Source: an uncultured Thermoplasmata archaeon
Lineage (GTDB): Archaea > Thermoplasmatota > Thermoplasmata > Lutacidiplasmatales > UBA184
Direction of reading: 5' to 3'
Length of the DNA: 64,000 nt
Assembly (NCBI GenBank): GCA_963715645.1
Contig: OY970259.1
Location: 71,841-135,840 of the forward strand
The position numbers and the translations under genes are program-made. Positions 38,513 to 48,621 of this stretch are shown in pieces; position 1 is the first letter of the stretch, and every line of letters begins with the position of its first letter. The notes under the pieces are model-generated. The model worked only from the letters and a program-made list of their open reading frames with translations, had not been told where the DNA came from and did not search any database.

Positions 38513-40440
38513 ATGCGACCTCAGACCAGAAACATCGTGGTGATCGTCATCGCGGTTGTGATCGTCGTGGCCGGGATCGGGGCGTACTTCGTCCTCCGGC
38601 ACTCCACGACCTCGAACTGCGGACCCAACCAGACCGCCTACATCTGCATCGACCAAGCGGAGATCCCCGATTCGTTGGACCCCGCCTTCACGTTCACCAC
38701 TCCAGGATGGGCGGCGGTCCAGCAGGCCTACCAGGGCTTGGTGAATTACAACGGCTCGAGCGTCGTCAACTTCTCCGGGGTACTCGCCTCCAGCTGGACG
38801 CAGTCGTACGACCCTAGCACCAACGCCTCGACCTTCACGTTCGAGCTACGACCGGGGGTCGTCTTCTCTAACGGCGACCCGTACAACGCCTACGTCCAGT
38901 GGTACAGCCTCTACCGGACCCTCGTGATGAGCCAGGGACCTCAGTTCATCCTGGAACAGAACTTCTTCTCGACGAACTTCAACGCCTCGGGCCCGCTCAG
39001 CTACTACTCCCCGAAGGCCGACTCGGTCGCCGCGAACACCACCCTGACCAACGACCTCAATTCCTGGAACTTCGACACCCCCACCCTGGCCGAGATCCAG
39101 CAGATGGAGATGCCGAACCAGTCGTTCCAGGTCGTCAACAACGAGTCGATCGCGCTCAACCTGGGGTATGGCTACCTCGCCACCAACTACACCTACTTCC
39201 TCGCCTCCCTCGCCGCCCCCGATTCGTATGCGGTCGACCCGACGTGGGTCGACCAGCACGGCGGCGTACAGGTCGGAGCGGTCAACGATTACCTCGCAAC
39301 CAATGCGATGGGCACCGGACCGTACGTGATCCAGGGGTACAACGGGATCGGAGGGGGTGGCTACACACTCCAACCGAACTCCAAGTACTGGGGCGCTGCG
39401 GCGTACAAGGCCGCGCCGTGGAACATCAACCTCGCAGCGGGGAACACCTCGGTCGAGGTGATCTTCCAGGACACGATCGACATCACCACCAACGACCTCA
39501 TCACCGGGCAAGTCCAGGGTGCTTCGTTCGCCTACGTCGGCCCCTCCACCATCCAGCAGCTGGAGGGCCACTCGAACCTCGTCGTGCAGGCGTTGCCCAC
39601 CATCTATGGCGCGACCAGTGGCTCTTGGTGGATCTACCTCAACGCGAGCGTCGCCCCCTTCGACAACCTGTCGGTCCGCGAGGCGATCACGCACGCGATC
39701 AACTACAATCAGATCATCCAGGAGGCGTTCGGCGGCTACGCAACCCAGTGGGTCGGCCCCGTACCTCCGGCCTACCCGTACAACAACAACCTCACGGCCA
39801 AGGAGCCGTACTATCAGTACAACCTTCCGCTCGCCCAGAAAGAGATCGCGGATTCCCCGTGCGCGGCTTCCGCGTGCAAGAGCAACGCGATCAACTACAT
39901 GTACCTCAATGCCGGAGCAGATTGGGTCGACACCTCGTTGCTGCTTGAATCGGACCTGGCGGCGATCAACATCACGATCACCCCGGTCGGGGTCAGCCTG
40001 GCCCAGTTGATCTCGGAACAGGGCCGCGACTCGAGCGGGGCGTGCGTTTCCTCGACGAACGCGAACGGCGGTCCGTTCTTCATGGGCCAGGAGTTCTACA
40101 CGTCGGACTACATCTCGCCGGACGACTGGACGCAGAATGACTTCGTCAGTTCGGGGAGCGCGAACGCGTGCATGGCCGGCTACAACAGCGTGGCTTCGCC
40201 GAACTGGAACTGGTCGATCTACAACCTGACGTATCTCGCCGCCAGCGATTCCAACGCGGCCGACCTCACCAACTACTACACGAACATGACCCAGCTGCTC
40301 TACAACAACTACACCGACATCTGGCTCGTCGTACCGACCGCCTTCGCGGTGTATCCTCGAGCCTGCGCGGCTTCGTCCAGAACCCCATGGCGAGCGCCGA
40401 GCCGTTCGCGATCGGGTTCAACACCCAGTGGTTGAGCTAG
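38513..40440 (+). CDS. ABC transporter substrate-binding protein, family 5 (peptide/opine/nickel type), one frame break near the 3' end
   Basis: N-terminal membrane anchor IVVIVIAVVIVVAGIGAYFVL, DSLDPA.., a large ectodomain with many N-x-S/T sequons. The end ..SSLRGFVQNPMASAEPFAIGFNTQWLS* lies in ORF 40168..40440 after a break near 40354. Confidence 0.75.
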
Positions 40441-40467
40441 CGGCCCGCCGAGGGCAGGGACCCTAGG

Positions 40468-41533
40468 TCACCCCGACACGGCCGGCGGGACCGCCTCCGG
40501 GCCCGTGGCGAGGAGCGTCTCGGGTGCGATGTCCCGGACCTCCTCGGCGCGGTGGCAGGCCACGAGACGGTCCCCCAGCCCCGGGACGGTCGCGAGCGGC
40601 GGGTACTCCACGCGGCACCGGTCGATGACGAAGGGGCACCGGGGGGCGAACCGGCATCCCGGCGGCGGGTCGACCAGGGAGGGGATGTCGCCCCCGATCC
40701 GGTACCGGGTGCGCCGCCGTCTTGGGTCGGGCATCGGCACCGCCGCAAGGAGCGCCTTGGTGTACGGATGGACCGGCCGCTCGAGGACCTCCCGGACCAT
40801 CCCGTGCTCCACGATCCGCCCGAGGTACATCACCGCTACCCGGTCCGCGACGTACCGGACGGCGGCCACGTTGTGCGTGATGAGCAGGTAGGCGATCCTC
40901 CGCTCCCGCTGCAGGTCCACGAGCCGGTTCAGGATCTGGGCCTGAACGGCGACGTCGAGCGCGCTGGTGGGCTCGTCGAGCACGATCAGGCGGGGGCTTA
41001 CCGAGAGGGCGCGAGCGAGGGAGAGACGCTGCCGGCCCCCGCCGGAGAACTCGTGGGGGTACTGCTCCAGGCAGTCGGGAGGTAGTCCGACGCTGGGGAG
41101 GAGCGCTCGGACGCGTTCGCGGACCTCCGACCGCCCCAGGCCCTCCTGCGCCCGGAGCGGCTCCCCCACGATCTGCCAGACCCTGAGCCGGGGGTCGAGG
41201 GAGCCGACCGGGTCCTGGAACACGATCTGTACGTTGCGGCGCCAGGTCCGCAGCTCCGTCCCCTTCAGCTCGGTGATATCCTGGCCGGCGAAACGGATGA
41301 CGCCGCCTGTCGGCGCGAGGAGCCGCGCGATCAACCAGCCGAGCGTGGTCTTCCCGGAGCCGGACTCGCCGATGAGACCGACGGTCTCCCCTTCGTTGAC
41401 CGTGAGCGTGACCCCGTCCACCGCGTGAACCGAGCGGGCTTCGCTTCGGGCCAGGGTCTCGGTGAGGCTGCGGGTGATCGGGAAGAACTTCTCGAATCCC
41501 CCCGGTCTCGAGGAGCGGGGTCGGAGCGCTCAT
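40468..41533 (-). CDS. ABC transporter ATP-binding protein (OppF/DppF type), one frame break
   Basis: GESGSGKTT, LSGG-type FSGGGRQR, VLDEPTSALD and C-terminal oligopeptide-type Cys motif GCRFAPRCP. The N-terminus MSAPTPLLET.. is one frame off; the break is at the C6 run 41498-41503. Its ATG overlaps the upstream stop (ATGA). Confidence 0.8.
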
Positions 41534-42687
41534 GGGAGGCCGGGGACCTCCGCGGCGAAGTAGCAGGCGCTCCGGTGGATCCCGTCCGCCTCCGCGGGCG
41601 CGTTCGGGTCGACCGGCGCGAGCGGCGGGGCCGTTCCCCGGCAGACCTCCTGGGCGAGGACGCATCGGGGGTGGAACCGGCATCCGGGAGGCGGGCGCGA
41701 GAGGTTCGGGACCCCGCCCGCGATCGAGCTCAACGGACCCTCGGCCTTGTACCGGGACGGGGCCGCCTTGAGCAGCGCCTTCGTGTAGGGGTGGTGCGGA
41801 GAGCGGAACACGTCCGCCACCGGACCGTACTCGACGATCCGCCCGGCGTACATGACCCCTACCTCATCGGCGGTCTCCGCGATCACTCCCAAGTCGTGGC
41901 TGATGAACAGGATCGCGGTGCCGACCTCGTCGATCAGCTCCTTCATGAGGGTCAGGACCTGCGCTTGGATCGTCACGTCCAGCGCGCTGGTCGGCTCGTC
42001 GGCGATCAAGAGCGACGGGCGTTGACTGAGGGCCATTGCGATCATGATCCGCTGCCGCATCCCCCCCGAGAGCTCGTGCGGGTAGAGGTTGAGGATCGTT
42101 TCCGGGTCGTTGATCCGGACCAGGCGCAGGTAGTCCAGCACCTCATTGCGGTAATCGGAACGTGACTGCAGGCGCTCGCGGACCGCCTCGCCCGCCGCGC
42201 CGTCGGGGACGAGCGGCCGGGAGAGGGAGCCCGCGACCGTGGCCCTGATCGCGGGCTTCGAATAATCGAACGGCTCGCTCCCGCCCTGGAACGACCGCAC
42301 CCAGCCCATCTCGCGGAAGTGCCGGATCTGGATCGATTCGGAGATCTGGTCGAAGACCCGGAACGCCGGGTTGAGCGAGTTGAGCGGCTCCTGAAAGATC
42401 ATCCCGATGCCGGTGCCTCGCACCATCGGCAGCTTCCGTTTCGGAACCCGGACGAGGTCGGTGCCCCGGAAGACGATCGAGCCCGAGCCGATCGTCGCGG
42501 GGGGCTCGGGGAGGAGACGGGGGATGGCTTGGGCCAGCGTGCTCTTCCCGCATCCGGTCTCGCCGACAATCCCGATCACCTGCCCGGGACGGATCCGCAG
42601 CGAAACGTCGGAGACGGCCTGGAAGACCCCGGCCCCGACCGTGTAGGTGATCGAGAGGTGCTGGATCTCGAGGACGGGCTCGGTCAC
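41530..42687 (-). CDS. ABC transporter ATP-binding protein (OppD/DppD type)
   Basis: GTG 42687 gives MTEPVLEIQHLSITY.., GETGCGKST, LSGGMRQR, IADEPTSALD, GCRFHPRC. It lies in frame with the upstream permease in the listed 731-aa ORF. Confidence 0.75.
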   Translation of the reverse strand: MTEPVLEIQHLSITYTVGAGVFQAVSDVSLRIRPGQVIGIVGETGCGKSTLAQAIPRLLPEPPATIGSGSIVFRGTDLVRVPKRKLPMVRGTGIGMIFQEPLNSLNPAFRVFDQISESIQIRHFREMGWVRSFQGGSEPFDYSKPAIRATVAGSLSRPLVPDGAAGEAVRERLQSRSDYRNEVLDYLRLVRINDPETILNLYPHELSGGMRQRIMIAMALSQRPSLLIADEPTSALDVTIQAQVLTLMKELIDEVGTAILFISHDLGVIAETADEVGVMYAGRIVEYGPVADVFRSPHHPYTKALLKAAPSRYKAEGPLSSIAGGVPNLSRPPPGCRFHPRCVLAQEVCRGTAPPLAPVDPNAPAEADGIHRSACYFAAEVPGLP

Positions 42688-43725
42688 GAGACCCCCCGAG
42701 CGTCGACGGCCCCGACGGGGGCGGCCGGTACGGGCTCCGGCGACGCCGCGGAAGCCCCTGCCGAGCGTACTCTCGGCCGGGGGGTCGTGGGTACCGGTGC
42801 TCCGTACGAACGCGCGGCGAGTGCGCGGGTCGAGGATGTCTCGCAGGCCGTCGCCGAGCAGGCTGAATGCGAGGACGGTCACGAAGATCGCCGCGCCGGG
42901 GCCGAGCACCAGCCACGGGTAGATGTTCGCCGAGCCGCCGGACTGGTAGAAGGCGAGCATGGCCCCCCACTCCGGCTGGGGTCCGGGGTAGCGGCTCGCG
43001 ATGCCGATGAACCCGATCGTCGAGTAGGTGACGAGGACCGTGCCGATGTCGAGCGTGAAGTAGACGACGATCGGCTCGAGGATGTTCCGCAGTACGTGGC
43101 GGAGGAGGATGCGGTTCTCCCGGACCCCTGCGGCCCGCGCCGCGGCCACGTAGGGCAGGTGCTTGACCGCGAGGACCTCGCCTCGTACGAGGCGGACGTA
43201 GAACGGCCACCAGGTGATGGTGATGGCGAGCGCGGTCGGCCCGACCCCGAGCCCGAGGATGCGAGTGAGCGCCAGCGCGAGGATCAAGCTGGGGAAGGAG
43301 AGGAAGACGTCGGTGACGCGCATGATCGTCACGGAGGTTGCCCCGGAAATGGTACCCGGGGTGTCGTAGAATCCCGCGATGAGGCCGAGCGCCCCTCCGA
43401 TCAGGAGCGCGCTACCGGCGATCGCGACGCCGATCCCGAGGTCGAGCGGGAGAGCATACATCACGTTCGAGTAGATGTCGTAGCCGAGGTTGTCGGTCCC
43501 GAGCGGATGGTGCCAGGACGGGGCCGCATTGCGCGCCACGGTCTGCTGCTGAGGTCCGAAGGGGATCAGGACGTGGGGCGCGACCAGGACCACCAACGCG
43601 GTGACGCAGATCAGCGCGACCAGCAGGAAGCCGAACAAGGAGAGGGGGTTGGCCCGAAGCACTCGCCAGAAGACGAGGAGGCGTCCATCGGGACGAGGCG
43701 CCGCCGGCCGACCGGACGCCGTCAC
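42684..43725 (-). CDS. ABC transporter permease (OppC/DppC type), 3' end uncertain
   Basis: HPLGTDNLGYDIYS.., EAA-loop region AARAAGVRENRILLRHVLRN, ends ..LRDILDPRTRR. It is followed by an Arg-rich ~50-aa linker that reads through into the ATPase. A TGA overlapping GTG 42687 exists one frame off. Confidence 0.7.
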
Positions 43726-43731
43726 GCGCCG

Positions 43732-44777
43732 CTACCTCCAGTCGACCCTCGGGTCGAGGATCCCGTAGAGAATGTCCGCGACGAGGTTCGCCACCACGAC
43801 CGCGATCGCGAAGATGATCACGACGGCCACCGCGCCGTCGAAGTTCGGCGTCGAGCTGCCGCCCCCGACCGCGGTGTAGGCGTACTGGCCGATCCCCGGC
43901 CAGTCAAACACCTCCTCGATGACCACCGTACCGGCCAGCAGGCCACCGGCGGTGAGACCCAGCACCGTGGTCGTGCTGATGAGGGCGTTCCGCAGGGCGT
44001 GCTTGTACAGGACCCAAAAGTCGCTCAGTCCCTTCATCCGGGCCGAGCGGACGTAGTCGAGCGGGAGCACTTCGAGCATGGAGGAGCGGGTCATCCGGGT
44101 CGCGATGCCCATATTGATGAACGCGAGGACCGCGGCGGGCATGATCAGGTGCTGCATCGCGTCGACGGTGTACGGGAGGTTCCCCGCGAGGATCGCATCG
44201 AGGACCGACATGTGGGTGTACTGCGTGAAGGGGGGACGACCGTCGAGTACTCGCCCCGGGTCGGTAGGCCGAGGTACGGACCGAGGAACACCGCGGCCAA
44301 GACGGCGCCGAGGTAGGTCGGGGTCGCCCATCCGCTCAGATAGAAGATCCGGACCAGGTGGTCCCCCCACCGCCCGCTGTAGCGAGCGGCGATGACCCCC
44401 ATCGGGATCCCGATGACCACCATGAGGAACAGCGCCGCCAGGACGAGCTCGACGGTCGCCGGGAGGGCCGCCGCGATCGTGGGGTAGACCTGGACGCCCT
44501 GGATCGATTGGCCCCAGTTCCCCTGGAGGAGCGTCGTGACGTACTGGACGAACTGCGTGGTGATCGGCTGCCCGTACTTCGCGTTGCAGTTCGCGATCGT
44601 GGAGGCGCCGGCCTTGGGATACCACTCGTTGCAGATGCCGGTCAGCTTGAGGTGCGTGACGAAGAACGTGAGAACGATGACCCCGATGAGGACGGGAATG
44701 AGTTGGAGCAGGCGCTTTAGGACGAAGATGAAGAGATCGCTCGCACTTCGGCCCACTCCCACCCCCCTAGGTGGCAC
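43732..44777 (-). CDS. ABC transporter permease (OppB/DppB type), one frame break
   Basis: FIFVLKRLLQLIPVLIGVIVLTFF.. N-terminus in ORF 44145..44777. EAA region SARMKGLSDFWVLYKHALRNA and end ..ILDPRVDWR in ORF 43732..44625. The break is at the G6 run 44230-44235. Confidence 0.8.
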
Positions 44778-44849
44778 GCGCCGGAGCGGCCGCCATCCCT
44801 CCCGCGAGCCTGTCCGGGGTATTAACCCAGCGACTGAGCCCGGTCCTGC

Positions 44850-46506
44850 CTACGGAAGGTAGTCGCGCGGCAGGGTCTTCAGCTCCGTGAACGTCTCGTG
44901 GATGACCGAGATGAATTTCTCGATGTCCTTGTCCGTGTGGGCGCTCGAGAAGGTGATCCGCTCGTAGTTGTCCGGGTGGATGTAGATCCCCTTGTCCAGC
45001 AACAGCTGGTGGTGGCGGAGATAGAGGTTCCAATCGATCTGGAGCGATTCCCGGTAGTTCTGGATCTTCTTGCGTCGGGTGAAGAAGAACTGCAGCATTC
45101 CGTTGACCGACTGAACGAGGACGTTGACCTTCGTATCCCGTGCCGCTTCCTCGATCCCCTTCTCGAGCCGTTGGGTCATCCGGTCGAAGCGGGCGTAGAG
45201 GTCCTCGCCCCCTCGGTGGAGCATCTTGAGGTTCGCGAGCGCGCCCGCGAGGGAGAGGTTGTTGGCGAAGTAGGTGCCGCCGAAGGAGATCCGCCCCGGG
45301 GCGATCAGTTCCATGTACTCGTTCTTCCCCGATACGGCGGAGATCGTCACCCCGCCCCCCAGCGCTTTCGCCCAGCAGGAGATGTCCGGCTCGAACCCCG
45401 TAGAGGGCCTGGGCACCGCCCGGCGCGACGCGAAAGCCGGTGAAGACCTCGTCAAAGATGACGAGCAGCTCGTTCTGGTGCGCGATCTCCACGAGCCGCT
45501 TCAGGTAGTCGGGGAGGGGGGGATCACCCCGGAGTTCGCCATGATCGGTTCGAGGATCACGGCCGCGAGCCGGTCCCGGTAGCGGCGGACCATGCGCTCG
45601 AACGAGGTGAGCGAGTTGTACTGAGCGACCATCACGTAGTCGGTGACCCCGGGAGGGATCCCGGCCGAGTTCGGGAGGGGGCGGGGGTACTGGTCGAGCC
45701 CGGCGACGATCGGTGGGGCCTCGGCGCTGATCAGTGCGTAGTCGTGCTGACCGTGGTAGTGGCCCTCGAACTTCAGGATCGCGTCCTTCCCCGTGACCGC
45801 GCGCGCGATGCGGATGGCGTTCATCGTCGCGTCGGAGCCGTTCGAGCAGAACGCCACCCGCTCGGCGGTCGGGACCATCTTCTGGAAGAGGATGGCGAGG
45901 TCGATCTCGAGCGATGTCGGGGCGGCGAAGTGGAGCCCGAGCTCGGCCCGCTCCTGGATCGCCTTGACCTGCTCGCGCGGCGCGTGTCCGTTGATGAGGC
46001 AGCCGTAGGCGAGGTTGAAGTCGAGGTATTCGTTCCCGTCCTCGTCCCAGATCCGAGGGCCCTTGCCCGCGGCGATGAACGGCGGACACGGGTCATACGA
46101 GCGCGACCCGGATGAGCGAGCTCGAGGAGTTCGGGATGTGCTTCTTTCCTTCCTCGAAGAGGCGGGCGCTCTTCTTCAGTTTCGGGACGAGGCGCGCGAT
46201 CGAGATCGGCAGCGGCTGGACCTCCGAGTCCGGGGCCTCTGGCGCGACGGGAGCCGCTTCCTTCGGTTCGCGGTTCTCCTTCGACTCCTTTTCCTTGGGC
46301 TCGGCTTTCTCCCTCGGCTCCGCCTTCTCCTTCGCGGGGGCCGCCGGCCCGCCCTCGGGAGCAGGAGCGGTAGGATGGGTGCTGACCTCGCCCCCGCTCG
46401 CGCGAGCCGGGGTTAGGCGCTCGCCCCGGGAGGTACGGTCCGGGCCGTCCTCGGGCTCGCTCGAGCCAGTGAGGGGGGCGGGTTCCATGTCCGCCATAGG
46501 TACCAC
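44850..46506 (-). CDS. Class-III aminotransferase (GSA-aminomutase-like) with ~95-aa Glu/Lys/Pro-rich N-terminal extension, three frame breaks
   Basis: KSARLFEEGKKHIPNSSSSLIRV (HemL-like N-motif) in ORF 46093..46506. WDEDGNEYLDFNLAYGCLINGH, CSNGSDATMNA in ORF 45501..45878. VIFDEVFTGFR in ORF 44767..46089. ISCWAKALGGG (PLP Lys) in ORF 44850..45455. Breaks near 46100, the G7 run 45516-45522, and about 45393. Confidence 0.75.
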
Positions 46507-46537
46507 ATCGAGGTGCGAACTTGCGACCCGGTGGTGG

Positions 46538-46547
46538 CTATATATAG
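46538..46547 (-). promoter_or_regulatory. Palindromic TATA box CTATATATAG 32-41 nt upstream of ATG 46506
   Basis: Sole AT-rich decamer immediately upstream of the extended aminotransferase ORF. It supports use of the long N-terminal form. Confidence 0.45.
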
Positions 46548-46675
46548 ATGGCTGGGGAGCTGAACAGGATTTAGGTTTCTCAATCCGAAGCGAACGGTGC
46601 TACAGAGCGAGCATTAGGTGGTCGAAATACTGCAATTATGTGGTGGTGTTCTGCTCCAAACGACCGAAAGCGCTC

Positions 46676-46682
46676 AAAAAAA
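46676..46682 (-). terminator. Oligo-T (T7 on the minus strand) archaeal-type terminator after the saccharopine-dehydrogenase-like gene
   Basis: A7 on the plus strand, 18 nt downstream of the stop at 46700-46702. Oligo-T tracts are the known archaeal termination signal. Confidence 0.45.
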
Positions 46683-46699
46683 CCTATCCAAGCCTCCTG

Positions 46700-47890
46700 C
46701 TAGTCGGTCAGAGCCGGCGACAGGGGAGCCTCGGGCGGTACGATCGCTGTTTCGATGCCCCGCTGCTTCAGCGCGGCTCGGAAAGGCCCCGCCGGGATGC
46801 ACCGCTCGGGAGGTACGACCCCCTTCACGCTCACCCGGCCCGTCGCGATGAGCTCAGCCCCGATGGCGCCGGCCACACCGACCGCGTATTCGGTAACCGT
46901 CAGGTTCCAGTCCGGGCGGGGAGGGAATCGGGCGAATGCGTGGCGGACGATGGGACGCCCTCCCTGGGTCCCGCGAACCTCGATGTCGCAGACCTCCCAG
47001 TCATGGATCGTAACCCCCTCGGGGGCGCCGAGGAGCTTCTCGCGCTTCAGGAGGGAGAGCGTAAAGTCGCGGGGCACCACGGGCTGCCCCTTCACGTCGA
47101 CCGGACGGTCCGATGCGAGACCGAGCAGCGCCATCGTCCGGAGGAGCTCGATCCCCGGGCCGCCCTCCTTCCACTCGCAGCGTTGGATCCCCTTCGACCG
47201 GAGGCTGTCGGGGAGCGTCGCGGGCTCGGAGTGCAGGGTCCGATAGACCCGGGTACGGCCGACGGGGGACGGAAAGTCGTACTCCTCCGCCCCGCTCATC
47301 GCGGGGTGGTCGTGGTAGGCTCCATTCTCGAAGACGACCGCGGGCAGGACCATCTCGTCGAGGAAGGTGCTCGGCGACCAGGTAAAGACGATCTCGGGCC
47401 CTTGGACGGTCAGATCGCGCCAGCCATCGCGGATGACCAGCGAGTCGACCCGGTCGAGGTCCTGCGTCGCCTCCATCGCGAGGATGTTCGACACCCCGGG
47501 CACCTGTCCCAGCCCGGGGATCGCGAGCTGGCCGGCGGACCGGGACCTCTCATCCAAGGCGAGCTGGCGCCGGGTCATGTGGAACAGTCCACCGAAGTCC
47601 AGGTACGGGACCCGGGCCTCGAACGCCGCCTCCATGACGGCGAGATTGAAGGTGTACTGCACCGCGTTCACGCAGACGGCGGCCCCTTTCAGGAGGTCGA
47701 CGAGCGCGGGCCGGTCGCGCACATCGAGGGTCGCGGAACGCGCTCTGGGTCCGGCCGCCTTCGCGGCCTGGCTCGCCAGCGTCGGGTCGAGGTCCGCGGC
47801 GACCACCTCGTCGAACACGCCCGAACTGGCGAGGTCCCGCACGGAACATCGCCCGGTCAGGCCTCCACCGCCCAGCACTACGACCCGCAT
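46700..47890 (-). CDS. Saccharopine-dehydrogenase-like NAD(P) oxidoreductase (family includes homospermidine synthase / carboxy(nor)spermidine dehydrogenase)
   Basis: MRVVVLGGGGLTG Rossmann N-terminus, VCVNAVQY, PYLDFGG, IPGLGQVPGVSN. 396 aa, intact. Confidence 0.65.
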   Translation of the reverse strand: MRVVVLGGGGLTGRCSVRDLASSGVFDEVVAADLDPTLASQAAKAAGPRARSATLDVRDRPALVDLLKGAAVCVNAVQYTFNLAVMEAAFEARVPYLDFGGLFHMTRRQLALDERSRSAGQLAIPGLGQVPGVSNILAMEATQDLDRVDSLVIRDGWRDLTVQGPEIVFTWSPSTFLDEMVLPAVVFENGAYHDHPAMSGAEEYDFPSPVGRTRVYRTLHSEPATLPDSLRSKGIQRCEWKEGGPGIELLRTMALLGLASDRPVDVKGQPVVPRDFTLSLLKREKLLGAPEGVTIHDWEVCDIEVRGTQGGRPIVRHAFARFPPRPDWNLTVTEYAVGVAGAIGAELIATGRVSVKGVVPPERCIPAGPFRAALKQRGIETAIVPPEAPLSPALTD

Positions 47891-47932
47891 CGTCCGTCTC
47901 CGCGGTCGGGAGCCGGCGGGGCTATAGGAGGG

Positions 47933-48550
47933 TTAGGGGCGGGAACGGGCGCCCTTCCGGCGGTCGGGCCGGGGGCTTGGCACCGGAGGCTCCGGCGCCG
48001 GGAGGTCCGGCGACGGGGCCGCCGGCGCCGGAGCCGCCGGGGTCCCTCCCTCTGCGTTCTTCGTGCGGTTCCATAGGTCTCGGAACGTCTCGAAGTGCCG
48101 CAGGAAGGCGTCGTTCCGACGCAGGTCCTCGAGCTCGCCGAGCGCGATCTCGAGGAGCGCTTTGGAGGTCTTGTCGCCGGCCTCGGCACGGATCAGGTAG
48201 ACGCAGAGCACCTGGTAGTGCGGGAGGACGTAGGCGTCCGGGCGGGGGGTGCTCATGTCCCCCTTCCGGGGACGGTATATCCGCTCGACCGGAACCGCCG
48301 CGGCAACCGCCTTCCGATGCGAGAACCCGAAGTATCTGCCGGGGCCCAGGATGCGGGTCACCTCTCGGACGTTGCCGTTCAGGTTGTTGGAGAGGCGGTC
48401 GCACTCGTGCCAGCACCAGAGACCGAACCCGTAGTCCCCCTCTTGGTAGGCCTCCCAGGCGGAGCCGTAGAGCCGGCGCTCCTTCTCCTCCATCGAAGCG
48501 TCGACGGGCAGGGCGGCTCGCCAGTCCGAGACCAGTAGGTCCACCCGCAT
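47933..48550 (-). CDS. Hypothetical protein with Pro/Ala-rich C-terminal tail
   Basis: 205 aa from ATG 48550 (inside ORF 47933..49045): ..YGSAWEAYQEGDYGFGLWCWHECDRLSNNLNG..YVLPHYQVLCVYLIRAEAGD... No family recognised. Embedded in the catabolic gene string. Confidence 0.45.
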   Translation of the reverse strand: MRVDLLVSDWRAALPVDASMEEKERRLYGSAWEAYQEGDYGFGLWCWHECDRLSNNLNGNVREVTRILGPGRYFGFSHRKAVAAAVPVERIYRPRKGDMSTPRPDAYVLPHYQVLCVYLIRAEAGDKTSKALLEIALGELEDLRRNDAFLRHFETFRDLWNRTKNAEGGTPAAPAPAAPSPDLPAPEPPVPSPRPDRRKGARSRP

Positions 48551-48621
48551 CGACGGGGAGAACTCCTTCTGCTGGGGTACCTCCGAGGGTCCGGGCACGA
48601 CCCGTCCATCGCTCGACGGGC

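Noticed and set aside
42319-44316. 665-aa plus-strand ORF
   Set aside because: It is antisense to the OppB/OppC permeases. It is highly charged (Arg/Asp/Glu/Gly-rich) with no domain signature. The same applies to other long antisense ORFs such as 28600..29943, 4778..6076, 31573..32559 and 50302..51729.
46230-46340. Imperfect tandem repetition (GAGAAGGC/GAGCC-type units) considered as a repeat element or CRISPR-like array
   Set aside because: It lies inside an open reading frame and encodes the EKAEPREKAEPKEKESKE low-complexity stretch. There is no spacer/repeat periodicity. No CRISPR array is present anywhere in the window.
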